A stretch of DNA of 64,000 nt, taken from positions 38,303 to 102,302 of the forward strand of contig CAWJEO010000014.1 in assembly GCA_963841895.1 (NCBI GenBank), written 5' to 3'. This DNA comes from an uncultured Acidobacteriota bacterium. GTDB taxonomy: Bacteria > Acidobacteriota > Vicinamibacteria > Vicinamibacterales > UBA2999. Below are positions 32,389 through 46,599 of the stretch, piece after piece (the stretch's first letter is position 1; every line of letters begins with the position of its first letter). The position numbers and the translations under genes were made by a program. The notes under the pieces were generated by a model. The model was not told where the DNA came from, searched no databases, and saw nothing but the letters and a program-made list of their open reading frames with translations.

Positions 32389-32566
32389 GATGACTCAGCG
32401 CAAGGCATTTCTCCTCCGCATCGACCCGAAGCTGCTCGAAGCGGTGCAGCGCTGGGCGGACGACGACCTGCGCAGCCTCAACGCGCAGATCGAATTCCTG
32501 CTGCGCCGCACGCTTCGGGAGGCGGGCCGGCTGAAGGAGCCTGGAGCGCCCAAGAAGCAGGAGTGA
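32389..32566 (+). CDS. small hypothetical protein (58 aa), possibly ribbon-helix-helix-like
   Basis: ATG at 32389, charged helical composition; weak. Confidence 0.3.
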
Positions 32567-32890
32567 CCGCGTCTCCGGCGCCCGTACGTGACGAAGGCCG
32601 GCGCTGAGCCGGCCTTCTGGTCTTGCTGATCCTGAGTTCCTGATCTAGCCTTCTTCTTCGAACTCGCCGTCGATCATCGGCCCGAGCCGCGTCGACGGAC
32701 GAAGCGCTTCGCGGTAGTCGTAGAGCGGCAGATCGTGACGTGCAGCGGATTGATGCATCCGGGCGCGTGCTGTCGACGACGACGGTGACAGGGCTGCCGT
32801 GCGTGGTGCCCTCACGAAACGCGAGACGGCAACCGCAGGCGAGACGCGCGTGTTCGAAAGCCTTTCAGCATGGGCTGAAAGGATCATACT

Positions 32891-33530
32891 ACAGCAGCGC
32901 CTTGATCTCCCTTTCGAAGACGGCCTTTGGCGCGATGCCCAGGTGCTTCTTGCAGACCTTGCCGTCGCGGCTGATGATGAACGACGCCGGGATGCCCCAG
33001 ATCGGTCCATACGCGTCCTGCACATCTTCGCGCCCTTCGCCGAGCAGAATCGGATAGTTCATCTTGTACTCGGTCGGCGAACGCCTCGCGCCTTCGGCGC
33101 TTCGTCATCGACCGAGTAGCCGACGACGACGAGGTCGTTCTTGTACTTGCTCTGCAGTTCGACGAAGCCCGGAATCTCCGCCTTGCACGGACCGCACCAC
33201 GTCGCCCAGAAATTGAGCAGGATGACCTTGCCCTTGTACGACGTCAGCGACACGTCCTTGCCGTCGAGATCCTTGATGGTGAAGTCGAGCTTCGCGGGCT
33301 TCGCGTTGGCCATGCACGCGCCGCTCGCTGTTCCTGCTCGCTCGTCGAGCACGCCGGCGCCGCGTCGGGCGCATGCGACGCGACCGGCGCCATCATCCCG
33401 ACCGAGCCGGCTCGGCTTCGAGATCGTGCTGCCACACGAACGGCACGCTGATCGCGAGCAGCGCGATGAAGGTGGCGATCATGGCCGCCAGGCGCAGTTT
33501 CGTGCTTGGCTGGTCCATAGGGGTATTGTG
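32891..33530 (-). CDS. TlpA/ResA-family membrane-anchored thiol:disulfide oxidoreductase; at least three frame breaks
   Basis: N-terminal anchor MDQPSTKLRLAAMIATFIALLAISV; WATWCGPC active site; C-terminal YKMNYPILLGEG..GIPASFIISRDGKVCKKHLG in other frame. Confidence 0.7.
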
Positions 33531-33588
33531 CCTCATCCTCGTTCCCGTAGGGAGAGCTACGGCGGGGACGGCCGCGGTAGGTCGGTGT

Positions 33589-33635
33589 ACAGGTCGTGAA
33601 TCGTGAACGGCGGTCCGTCGCGATCACGACCTGAC
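33589..33635. repeat. hairpin AGGTCGTGAATCGTGAACGG...TCACGACCT sharing a 21-mer with the 25494-25594 palindrome
   Basis: read directly; located between anti-sigma gene 3' end and tlpA start. Confidence 0.55.
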
Positions 33636-34430
33636 CATCACGGCGCCATCCGTACGCGTCGGCGCGCCGATGCCGTCGCCCGCTCGAAATAGGCGGCGAT
33701 GCGTATCGAGCTCGGCAGCCGAGAACGCCGCGGGCGACGAGCGCATAGGCATTGCCGTCGGCGGACCAGATGCGCTCGACGTGACCGAGCACGCGCAGCT
33801 GCTCGGCGCGGACGCGCTTCGCCGGGCGTCACGTAGAGCGACATGTCGTGGCCGCCGCTGCGATACGCAGGTGCGCGTGATCGCCGAGCCAGAACGGGCA
33901 GCGCCGCGCGCCGACCAGCGTGAGATCCGATGTCGGCGCTGGAGTCGGGCACCGGCACCCTCCAGCCGTAGCGTTCGCGCGATACTCCTGCTGACATCGC
34001 CGCGGCGTCGGCGCCGTCGAGCGTGCCCAACGCGAGCACGAAACAGCGCACGTGATCGATCGCGAGCTGCGCCGCGAACAGGACGTCGAGCGCGGCGACA
34101 CGAACTCGAGCGCGGTGACGAGCGCGACCAGGAGCACCGCCGCGGCGCCGAAGCGGTGAGGCGGCCGCCCCACCCGAGCGACGGTACCGGCGTCGGCGCG
34201 GAGGCGGCGCCGCGATGCGGGTCGCGCAGTCCGGGCGGCGCCGGCGTCCGGTCAGCTCGCGCCGCCCGCGCGCGCAGGACCGTTCGCAGCCGTCCGCTGC
34301 GCCTGCGACCGGCGCGCGCAGGCGTCGCACGATGGCGAGGTGGGCCTCGACCTGGGCGGCGGCGCTCGGCGAGCGCCTCGCCGTCCACGTACGGTGGCAG
34401 CAGCGACTCGATCTGGCGACACTCGGTCAT
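33624..34430 (-). CDS. anti-sigma factor (zinc-finger type), frame-disrupted, 3' end uncertain
   Basis: N-terminal MTECRQIESLLPPYVDGEA anti-sigma zinc-finger motif directly after ECF sigma gene; remainder is GC-biased/garbled. Confidence 0.45.
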   Translation of the reverse strand: MTECRQIESLLPPYVDGEALAERRRPGRGPPRHRATPARAGRRRSGRLRTVLRARAARADRTPAPPGLRDPHRGAASAPTPVPSLGWGGRLTASAPRRCSWSRSSPRSSSCRRARRPVRGAARDRSRALFRARVGHARRRRRRGDVSRSIARTLRLEGAGARLQRRHRISRWSARGAARSGSAITRTCVSQRRPRHVALRDARRSASAPSSCACSVTSSASGPPTAMPMRSSPAAFSAAELDTHRRLFRAGDGIGAPTRTDGAVMVRS

Positions 34431-34459
34431 TCGATGCGTCTCGGCGGGTCACCTGGCAG

Positions 34460-35082
34460 TTACGTCAGCTTGCGACGCTGTCCGATCATCTCGAACGCGC
34501 TGCACGCTCGTCGTCGGGTCCCTGCACGCAGCAGGTCGTGCAGCTGCCGTCGGCCTCGCGAAATGCGCGACATCACCGTGCCGATCGGAATCGCCAGGGC
34601 CTCGGCGATCTCCTGGTACGAGAGACTCTTCGACGTCGCGCAGCCAGACCGCGTCGCGGAACTCTTCGGGCAGCGCATCCAGCGCCGCCTGCAGTTCCGC
34701 GCCGAAGCTGGCCCGCAGCAGCAGGGCTTCCGGGCTCTGCGGGCTGACGCCGCTGTCCAGCGCGGCGCGCTCATCGGCGTCGCTCGACCGCGTCGGAGTC
34801 GAACTCCACCCGGGAGCGAGCCTGATCGCGGCGCCGGTTGCGCCAGGTGTTATGCAGGATCGTGAACAGCCAGGCCTTCAGGTTGGTCCCGGCGGCAAAG
34901 CGGTCGCGCGCCCGAAAGGCCTTCAAGTACGTGTCCTGCACCAGGTCCTGGGCCCGGTCGGCATCACGCGTAAGCCTCAGGGCGGTCCCATACAAACTGT
35001 CGAGCAGCGCCAGCGCCTCCGACGTGAACGCGTCGCGTTCGTGCTCCGAAGCGGGATCCGGGCGGCGTCGGCCAAAAAACAT
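34460..35082 (-). CDS. ECF (sigma-70 family) RNA polymerase sigma factor; about two frame breaks
   Basis: region 2 DLVQDTYLKAFRARDRF..AWLFTILHNTWRNRRR and region 4 LSYQEIAEALAIPIGTVMSRISRGRRQL in two frames. Confidence 0.7.
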
Positions 35083-35454
35083 CGCGGTGCGGCGCCGTCC
35101 TTCTTCACAAACCCCGGCGGGCGCCAATATTCCAGGATCGGTTGCCGAGGTGCCAGGGCCGGTGGAGAGCTGAGGTCCGCCTGCCCGCCCCCGGCAGTCC
35201 GTCCTCGCCGTCCAGAGTATAGGACAAAGCGGGGTCTGAAATTTGCTGGCCGATGTCGGACAGGGCCCTCGACTACCCCGGCTTCGACCTGCACCTGCAC
35301 CGCTGCATGGCCGAGACTGGGTCTCCGTGCGCCTGGTGGCGGCGGGGGCGTCAGCGCAGCGGTTCGCCGGCGACGTTGGTGCGGAGGGGTGCCGGACCCG
35401 AAGTAAGATGCCAGCCAGGCCCTCGACTGAGCTCAGGGCAAGGGGAGTAGGTCC

Positions 35455-38400
35455 ATGAACAATTGCACGCCGGGCCGGTCGGTTCTGCCGCGGCCGCTGA
35501 TCGTCCTCGTCGCGGCGCTCGCCGTGCTGGGCGGCGCGCGAGAGGCGACGGCGCAGACCGAGTTCGTGCCGTACTTCGGCAAGAACCAGATCCGCTACGA
35601 CAACTTCAAGTGGCAGATCTACACGACCGACCACTTCGAGATCTACTACTACCCGGAGATCGAGCCGCACCTCGAGAAGATCGCCGGCTACGCCGAGAGC
35701 GCGTATCAGCACGTGAGCTCCGAGCTGAAACACGACCTCGCCTTCAAGGTTCCGCTGATCCTCTTCTCGACGAGCAGCGAGTTCTGGCAGCAGAACGTCA
35801 TCCCGGGCGCGGCCCAGGAAGGCGTCGGCGCGTTCGCCGAGCCGAGCCGGTATCGCATCGTCATGCCGATGGACGAGCCGTCCGACCTGCTCTACCGGCT
35901 CACCGTCCACGAGCTCACCCACCAGTTCCAGTACGACATCATCCCGACCTCGCTGGTCCGCCAGAACATGCCGCTGTGGGTGTTCGAGGGCATGTCGGAC
36001 TACATGACCGGCATCTGGCGCTCGATCGACCTGATGTACGTGCGCGACGCCGCAGTCGCCGACATCATCCCGAAGATGTCGGAGCTCCAGGGCTACGGCA
36101 GCTTCACCAACGCCCGCGTCGATCTACAACCTCGGGCACGCCGCCTTCGAGTTCATCGAAGCGCGCTGGGGCAAGGAGGGCGTCCGCCAGTTCGTGTTCT
36201 CGCTGCGCAAGAGCGTCATCGGCGGCGGCGACAACGCGTTCAAGGAAGCGTTCGACATGGACGCCGACGAATGGGATCAGCAGTTCGATCGCTACCTCAA
36301 GGAGCGCTTCAAGCCGTTCCGCGACAAGGAACGGCCGGCCGACTACGGCCGCGACCTCGCGCCGAACCCGGAGAAGACCCGCTACAGCAACGTGCTGTCG
36401 GTCGAGCCGTCGCCCTCGGGCGATCTGATCGCGGCGATGAGCGGCAACAGCCGCGACCGCGAGCTCGACATCGTCCTGCTCTCGGCCAAGGACGGCTAGG
36501 TCGTTCGCAACCTGACCAGCGGCTTCGATCAGAACCTCGGCTTCGAATCGATTCCGGTTCCCGGCATGCGCTGGTCAACCGTGCCGTGGATGTCGTGGTC
36601 GCCGCAGGGCGATCGGCTCGCCTACTTCGTCCGCACCGAAAAGGATCGCTCGCTCCTCCTCCAGAACGTCATCTCGCGCAAGGTCGAAGTGCGGATCCCG
36701 ATGATCACGGTCGACTCGCCGGAGTCGCCGGACATCTCGCCTGACGGCAAGCTGGTGGCGTTCTCGGCCGCGCAGGGCATCATCAACGACATCTACACCG
36801 TCAATCTCGACACCAAGGAAATCGTCAACCTCACGAAGGACGAGTTCGCCGACTACGCGCCGACCTGGGCGCCGGACGGCAAGTCGATCGTCTATCTCAA
36901 GCGGGTGAGCGGCAACGAGAAGCTGTTCCGGCTCGATCTCGCGTCGGGCAAGTCGACGCAGCTCACCTTCGGCACGCACGACGAAGGCGGCGCGCAGTTC
37001 CTCGACGCCAACACGCTGGTCTTCACGTCGACGGCGACCGATCCGGCGAAGCCGATCGATCCCGACGTCGCGAAGAACGGCGCCATTCACAACGTCTGGA
37101 CGCTCGACCTGCGGAACGGCGAGCTGCAGCAGTTCACCGACGCGCTCGCCGGCAACTTCAACCCGGTCGTCCTCCACGGCGGACGCGGCGACCGCCGCGG
37201 GTCGGCGTTCGTCACCTACTACAAGGGCGAGTACGGCCTGCACACGCTCGACAAGCAAGGAACCGGTCGCCAAGGCCGCCACCGCCGACTTCGGCGCGCC
37301 CGGGCCCGGTCATCGACTTCCAGGCGCCGATGACCCACACCGCTCGTCGCCGAGAACAAGAAGAAGAAGGGCAAGTTCGAGAAGATGTTCCTCGACGGCC
37401 GCCCGCCGGTGGCCCTCGGCGTGACGAGCGGCGGCGACTTCTTCGGCGGCACGCAGATCTCGTTCACCGACGTGCTCGGCGATCAGCAGTTCAACCTGTT
37501 CGCCGCGTCGGTCTCGCAGTACCGCACGATGTCGCTCAGCTATCTGAACCTCGAGCGGCGGCATGCAGTGGGCGCTGCAGGGCTACTCGCAGACGCAGTT
37601 CTTCTACGGCCAGCTCGAAGGCCTCTTCTACGACCCGGCGTTCAGCGGCCTGATCGATCGCGATCTCGCCGTGGCGACGCGCACGATGCCGCGGCGGCAC
37701 GGCGTTCGCCATCTACCCGTTCAACCGCTACCGCCGCGTCGAGATGTACGGCGGCGTGGTCGACTATCGCGAGCAGTTCGACGACCCGGGCCTCGAGGCC
37801 TACTCGCAGCAGTATCAGCAGGAGAAGTTCGGGCAGGTGCTCTTCAACAACGGCACGATGGTGCCGCTCGGCGTCACGTTCATCCAGGAGACGACGGTCT
37901 TCCGCGAGTTCGGACCGCTCGCCGGCAGCACGATGCGCGTCAACTACGAGAACGCGCCGAAGATCGGCGGCACGCTCTCGCGCCAGACCATCGACGTCGA
38001 CGCGCGCAAGTACTTCCGGCTCGGCGGCAGCGGCCTGTTCGCGGTGCGCGCGCGAAGGCTTCAAGAGCTGGGGCACCAACCCGGGCTTCCTCTACTTCGG
38101 CGGCAACTCGGAGATGCGCGGCTACGACTACCTGTCGTTCGTCGGACAGGACGCGTTCTACCTGAACGCCGAGCTCCGCTTCCCGCTCATCGACGCGATG
38201 GCGACGCCGATCGGCATTCTCGGCGGCATCCGCGGCACCTTGTTCGCCAACATCGGCGGCGCGCAACTTCGACGACGAGTCGTTCAAGGTCTGGACGAAC
38301 AACACGACGGTCGAGACGCCGATCATCGGCTACCGTCAGGTAGGCCAGGAGCTCGTGCCGATCTACGGCGCCGCCGCGTGTCGATCGACGGCTTCCGGCT

Positions 38401-38589
38401 GCGTCGACGCCCGCGCCTCATACGGCGTCAGCCTCCAGACCTTCGCGCTCGGCTTCCCGGTCCACTTCGACTGGTCGTGGAAGACGCTCTTCAACAAGCG
38501 ACTGGGAAGACGTCGTCTTCGCGCAGGCCGGCGGCAGCTCGGAGTTCCGCAAGGCGAAGTTCACGATGTGGATCGGCTACGACTTTTAG
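35455..38589 (+). CDS. large outer-membrane multidomain protein: N-terminal HExxH peptidase-like domain + TolB/PD40 beta-propeller + C-terminal Omp85/D15-like beta-barrel; at least eight frame breaks
   Basis: signal LIVLVAALAVLGGAREATAQ; TVHELTHQF; PD40 repeats (SPDGKLVAFSA, APTWAPDGKSIVY); C-terminal barrel GYDYLSFVGQDAFYLNAELRFPL..KFTMWIGYDF-stop (terminal aromatic). Confidence 0.55.
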
Positions 38590-38620
38590 GCGCTCGACGC
38601 TTCGCTGACTCGCGCCTCAC

Positions 38621-38692
38621 GAAGGGCACGAAGAAGAACGAAGACACGAAGAAGACGGATCAGGGATCAGCGACTCGAAAGGTCGCTGGTCT
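38621..38692. terminator. tandem-word tract (CGAAGAAGAACGAAGACACGAAGAAGAC, GGATCAGGGATCAG) plus 7-bp stem-loop CAGCGAC-TCGAAAG-GTCGCTG downstream of the large OMP gene
   Basis: read directly. Confidence 0.5.
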
Positions 38693-38773
38693 CTGATTCA
38701 CGTACGGCGCTAATCGGCGGGTGACTCAGCACTCCAAGCGTGGCATGACTCTGCAACAGAAACCGCGCAGGTC

Positions 38774-39198
38774 GTGCTGCCGAACGACTCCAATCCGCTC
38801 GGCTACATCCTCGGCGGCACGGTGATGCACATGATCGACATCACCGGCGCGATCGCCTGCCATCGCCATACCAACGCGCTCGCGTTGACGGCTGGCGTCG
38901 ACAGCCTCGAGTTCCTGCACCCGATCAAGGTCGGCGACATCATCATCCTGAAGTCGCGCGTGACCTGCACGTTCCAGACGTCGCTGGAAGTGGAAGTCGA
39001 AGTCTATTCAGAGGGATCGACGACGGGAGAGCGCCGGCTGACGAGTCACGCCTATCTGACTTCGTGTCGCTCGACGCAGCACGGCCAGCCGAAGCGGTCC
39101 CTCCGCTGGCGATCGGAGAGGACCGGAGGACGAAGAGCGATGCCGTGAGGCGCAAGCAGCGCCGGGCCGAGCGGCCTCGCCGCAAGACGCGCACGTAA
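38774..39198 (+). CDS. hotdog-fold acyl-CoA thioesterase; one frame break near 39060
   Basis: VLPNDSNPLGYILGGTVMHMID...EVEVEVYSE; C-terminal in +1 frame ending TAA 39196-39198; GTG start. Confidence 0.65.
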
Positions 39199-39211
39199 CC
39201 CGGCACCGCAC

Positions 39212-39240
39212 GGGAACCTGGAACGTAGGAACCTGGAACG
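39212..39240. repeat. GGAAC-word element (GGGAACCTGGAACGTAGGAACCTGGAACG) between convergent genes
   Basis: read directly. Confidence 0.55.
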
Positions 39241-39244
39241 GCGC

Positions 39245-40790
39245 TAGTTCCCCGCCTTCACCATCCGCATCTCGCTGCGCTCGCAGATCCACCGACACGC
39301 GGTACGGGCTCAGGAACTTGTGTCCGACGATGCCGCCGACCTCGAAGCCGAGGAGCACGCTCGGCGCACGAAGGTTGAGCACGACAACCGAGAAGTTGTT
39401 GTAGGCGATGTCGTTGAACTTCAGGTTGATGCCCGGCAGCAGGAACGCCTCGCGATCCCAGCCCGACGTGCCGTAGACCTTCAGCGCAATCTTGCGCGTC
39501 GGCGTCGCATTGAGCGCCTGCGCGGTGGCCGTGCTGATCGAGATGACCTCGCCGCCGGTGTCGACGACGAAGTAGGCCGGGTGGTTGCCGTTGATGAGGC
39601 CGCGCACCATCGACAGGCGGTGATGCCGCATCGCCCAGGCGGAACTCGCTGCGTCTCTTCGGGCAGCGAGCTTGCCGATGGTGAGCTTGTTCGCGCGTAG
39701 TCGATGGTCATCGACAAGCCGAGCGCCATCGGCGAGAAGCTCTCGGTTTCCTTCTTCGGCAGGCCGCGCAGGGGCGGCGCCTTGATCAGCACCGGCACGT
39801 TGTCGAGCCTGAGCGTGCCGATCTCGAACGAGTCGAGCCGCCCGAGCTGCAGTCCGCGCAGGCCCACTTCGCCGACGCCGGCGCTGAGCGTGTAGGTGAT
39901 CGGGCGAACGTTGGCGTTCGAGGCCGTCGAGCGCGAGATGGTCGTCTGCTCGGAGCCCGGTGTCGAGGACGAAGTCCTGCAGCCGGCCGCCGTTGACCTT
40001 GACCTGGACGATCACCTTGTCGTCCACGAGGCGGAAGTCCACGGTGTGCAGGCGCGTCGGCGCTCACGTCGTCGATGGAGATCGGCTCGCGCTCGCCGAA
40101 CGACTTGCAGGAAGCGCACCTGCGACCGCGACCACGCCGCCTTGTCGCTGCGATCCTTGTTCGGCAGCAGGTTGATGTAGTTCGTGTAGGCCGCGGCCGC
40201 CTGTTCGTAGCGGTGCATGCCGCTCGTAGATCGAGCCGACGGTGTGATGCAGCTCGCCGTCGCGCGGCGAGAGCTTGAGCGCGGCCTGCGCTTCGTTCGA
40301 GCGCGTCGTCGAGCTTCGACTGCGAGGCGAGCGCCCGCGCCAGCCCGTGACGGGCGCGCGACGATTCCGGCGCGAGGGCCAGCGCGTCGCGCCAGCTGCC
40401 TTCGGCCTCGTCGAAGAGTCCGGCCGACCAGATGCGCGTCGGCGTAGGCCGACAGCGCCTCGGGGTTCCGCGGCGCCAGGTCTTCAGCGAAGCGGCTTCG
40501 CGCTGCGCTTCCTGGAACTGTCCGATCCGCAGGGCGGTGCGAACGAAGCCGATGCGCGCGCGCACGCGACATGCCGCTGTCGTTCGGCGTCGTCGCCTTG
40601 CGATAGGCCTCGAGCGCCTCGGCGTACCGCGTCTCGTCGAAGAGCAGTTCGGCGAGCTGGAGCTGCACTTGCGCGTCGTCGACGTCAGACGCCGCTCGTG
40701 GGGCTGCGAGCGCGGCAGCTGCGACGAAGAGCCGCCGCGGTGCACAGGCGCCGGAAGGTAAGCATAGGGACCTCTCTCTACCACCGAAGG
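39245..40790 (-). CDS. secreted TPR-repeat protein with two tandem retropepsin-like (clan AA) aspartic protease domains; frame breaks at N-terminus and elsewhere
   Basis: two D-T-G active-site contexts (RLQDFVLDTGL; AYFVVDTGGEVISIS); TPR-like N-half; signal-like LCTAAALFVAAAALAAPRAAS. Confidence 0.55.
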
Positions 40791-40946
40791 CAGGGGCGCA
40801 GCCTGCCGGAGCAAGAAGGCAAATGTGCCGGCAGCCGCCCCGCAAGGTAGCTGCCGTGTCCCGGATTCTACCCCCACAGTTCACCCAGGTGGACGATCGA
40901 TATGCTCGCGACCCCCGAGGACCCGGTGCAGAGAGCCGCGAGGTCG

Positions 40947-41207
<261 letters not shown>

Positions 41208-41255
41208 TAAAATCGCTCCAGAAAGCCCCGCGCGAGCCGGGCAAGAACACTGCCA

Positions 41256-41309
41256 CTAGCGAAGCGGAGCCGACGGCTCTTATTCCGGACGGTTCCGCAG
41301 CTTCGCTAG
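41256..41309. terminator. hairpin CTAGCGAAGC ... GCTTCGCTAG at IclR 3' end
   Basis: 10-bp perfect stem read directly, overlaps IclR stop. Confidence 0.45.
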
Positions 41310-42038
41310 TCAACTTGCGGTTTCCAGGGTCGCTGGCGGGACATGCCCCAGCCGGATCGAAATGCGGCGCGCCATGTCCCACGCGCCCTTTGTGGTGCTC
41401 CGTCACAATCGGGCCGATCGTCGGCGCCGTGGCCGAAGACGCCGACCCGCGCCACCTCGCGACCGGTGTAGTCGTGGACCGGCGCGCAGGTGCAGAACAG
41501 CCGCTGCATGGCGTCGGGCTCGACCGGCGGCGGCCCGAGCCGCACCATCGTCGCTTCCGCGTTCGCGACATGCTCGCGGGTGACCAGCCGCAGGCAGCTC
41601 AGTCGCCGCGTCGCCTGTCGCGGCGAGAAATACAGCGCGCAGTGTCCCGGCATGTCCTTGCCGTAGACCGTGTGCATCGCGACCTCGTCGGGGCCCGCGC
41701 TCCAGAGGTACGTCACCTCGCCCGCCGACAGGAATGGCGATGAACCCGCGATGCGGCGGTGCGCAGCACGTAACCGCGCATGACCGGATAGGCATGGAGG
41801 CGAACTTCCGACCGACCGAGCGAGCGGAAGCTCAGATCGAGCATCTTGAGCGTCAGCGCCGTAGCGCTGCGTCTCGTCGTCCTGACGGACGTAGCCGCGG
41901 CGCTTCAGCAGCGCCAGCAGCCGGTGCATGGTCGGCGGCGGCTGGCGCAGCGTTCGCGCGAGCTCCGACAACGCTCATCCCGCGCGGACTGCCGCTCAGG
42001 ACCTCGCAGACCTCGAGCGCCTTGTCGACCGAGGTCAT
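41306..42038 (-). CDS. IclR-family transcriptional regulator; at least three frame breaks
   Basis: HTH block SELARTLRQPPPTMHRLLALLKRRGYVRQDDETQRYG; N-terminal MTSVDKALEVCEVLSGSPRGMSV in other frame. Confidence 0.65.
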
Positions 42039-42236
42039 GGCTCGAGCTTCCGACGAGTCGGTTTGAGCATACTTTCGTTCCACAGATATGGAATATAGTT
42101 TCGAGATTCTGACTGTATCGACCGGTCGCCGGCCCTGTCAAGGCAACCAGCCGGGTTGACTCAGCTCGAGACGAACCGTAGGATCGGCGCTCACCCCCGT
42201 CGGTCGAACAACGCTCCGCTTTCGTAACGGACGATC

Positions 42237-44395
<2,159 letters not shown>

Positions 44396-44401
<6 letters not shown>

Positions 44402-44493
44402 TCTGGCGATGTCGTGATCTGGCGATCTGATGATCTAAAGCCCTGATCCGATCTCCTGGCTCCTCAGATCACCAGATCACCACATCACCACAT
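44396..44493. repeat. palindromic tandem-word element (GGTGATCTG family): GATCTGGCGATGTCGTGATCTGGCGATCTGATGATC ... CAGATCACCAGATCACCACATCACCACATC
   Basis: read directly between convergent kinase and DUF4097 gene. Confidence 0.7.
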
Positions 44494-44503
44494 CGCAAGA
44501 TTC

Positions 44504-45246
44504 TTATTTGCTTCTAATCTCGATCTTCCCTGTGACGACGTCGATCGAGATCACGGGTTCGCCCTTGCCGAGCGTCGCTTCGCTCCAGCGCGGGCCCCAT
44601 GACTCCTTACGGTTCAGCGGAATATCCGAGGCGATCGTGCCGTTGAGCGCGAGCGCCAGGATGCGCGCGTCGGTCGGGCGCGCCGCGAGCGTCAAGAGCA
44701 CATCGCCGTTGAACGCGCGCAAGCGCAGGAGCCCGCCGGCCGTCAGCCGCGTGCGATCGCCGTGACGTTGCCGATACCGGTCTCGAGGCGGACCGTCCCG
44801 CCGACATCGACCGCGTCGATCGGCCCTCGGCGGACGTCGGCCGTCACCGAACCATTCAACGCCTGACAGCGTCAGCTTCCCCTCGACGATCCGGATCGCG
44901 TTGAGGACGCGCAGCCTGCGGGACTCTCAGGGTGACGTCGGTGCGCAGGTTCGCGTCGGTGCCGCCCTCAGGCTGGACGCCTCGAATGCGAATCTGCTTC
45001 TCTTCCTCGACAATGTCGATCGGGATCCGCGCCAGCGCCTCGGCGGTCGGCGCCTGGCGCACGACCTCGATGACGGCATCGCTGCGATCGGAGCCTTCGA
45101 TGCGGACGTGGCCGATCGTGATCTCGAGCACTGAGGACGCGGTCGGCGGGAAGCGGGACGGTACGCGACTGCGTGTCGGTCGCCGCGCGCTGCGGCGGCG
45201 CCAGTGCGAGCAACGCCAGCGCACCAAGCACGAGGTGGAGCAGCAC
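44504..45246 (-). CDS. DUF4097-family beta-strand-repeat protein (putative adhesin/LiaG-like), secreted; frame-disrupted
   Basis: signal MLLHLVLGALALLALAPPQRA; repeated V.I.G.V.I blocks (LEITIGHVRIEGSDRSDAVIEVV; LLTLAARPTDARILALALNGTIASD). Confidence 0.55.
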
Positions 45247-45337
45247 GGTCAGGAAGTCCGAGCATATACTTTCTGGACACAGGCGTCATGGCTCGAGTCC
45301 TCGTGTCCGGTGTGATCCTCAACGCGGGATCGTCCCC

Positions 45338-46565
45338 GCGTTGCGGCGTCGTGCGCGCTGGCGCGGGCTGCTGCTGATACTGTCGCTCGTGGCCAGTCCG
45401 GCTCTCGCCGTCGCGCAGATGCCGACCGAGCCAGTCAGCCTGGGCGACGGCCGCGTCGTCCTTGGCGCGGACGTGACCGTCACCTTCGCCAGCGACGATC
45501 CCGGCTTCTTCAACTACACCGACTACGAATACAGCGCGCTGCGCAACTTCCGCGTCGGCCTCACTGCCGAGTTCCGCGCCAGCTGCGCGGCTGCAGTTCC
45601 TCGGCGAGCTGCGCATGGATCACGGCGATCGGCTGCAGCCGTTCGCGTTGTTTGCCCGGATCCGGCCGTGGCCGGCGCGCCGCTTCGACATCCAGGTCGG
45701 ACGCATCCCGCCCACCTTCGGCGCCTTCGGCCGCAGCGCCTACGGGACGGCGAACATGCTGATCGGGACGCCGCTCGCGTATCAGTACCTCACCTCGCTC
45801 CGGCCTGACGCGCTGCCGGCGCACGACCGACGATCTCATCCGGATGCGCGGGCGCGGGTGGCTGGCGATCTACCCGATTGGCAATCAGACGCCAGGACCG
45901 CGGGTTGCCGTTCGTGAACAGCGTGCGCTGGGACACCGGCGTGCAGGTGCACGGCGTCAACGGCATGATCGAATGGACCGGCGCGGTCACGACCGGATCG
46001 CTGTCGAATCCGCGTGTCGGCGACGACAACGATGGCCGCCAGGTCGCCGGCCGGGTCGTGCTCCGGCCCGCGCCGGCAATTGCGCTGGGCGCGTCGGCGG
46101 CCCGCGGCGCGTATCTGAGCAAGAGTCTCGAATCGGCGCTCGGCGAAGGCCGCAGCGTCGAGGACGGCGTGCAGCAGGCCTTCGGCGTTGACGCGGAGTA
46201 TGCCATCGGCCGCTTTCTCGCGCGCGGCGGAAGTGATCTGGTCGCGTGGACGCTGCCGGTCGGATTGACGCTCGGCCGAGAATGAACGGCTCGATGCGAC
46301 GTCGGTGCTGGTCGAAGGCCGCTATCGCATCCTGCCCGGACTGCAGCTCGCGGCGCGCGTCGAGCGGCTGGGGTTCGCCGAGTTGCCGACGGCGGCTGGC
46401 CCGATGACATGGGATGCGCCGGTGCGCCGGCTCGAGATCGGCGATCGGCTACTCCATCATCCGCAACGTCACGCTCAAGGCGTCCTGGCAGCGCAACCTG
46501 CGCGACGGCGGCCGCGTGCGCCGAGACTCGCTGTGGGCGCGGCCAGGTCGTGTACTGGTTCTGAG
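45338..46565 (+). CDS. putative outer-membrane beta-barrel protein (C-terminal ..VVYWF-stop), frame-disrupted
   Basis: signal RRRARWRGLLLILSLVASPALAVAQ (TTG start); alternating beta-strand pattern; terminal aromatic; pieces in four frames. Confidence 0.5.
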
Positions 46566-46599
46566 TGTGCAGGCTGCTGGCTGCAGGGCCTGGCGCGGT

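Noticed and set aside
30491-32566. 691-aa plus-strand ORF spanning the EEP and SPFH genes
   Set aside because: Artefact produced by absence of stops in one frame; the real genes are recognisable in other frames (30612-31358, 31436-32313).
33670-35406. 578-aa plus-strand ORF
   Set aside because: Antisense to the ECF sigma/anti-sigma genes; Arg/Ser/Ala-rich shadow frame.
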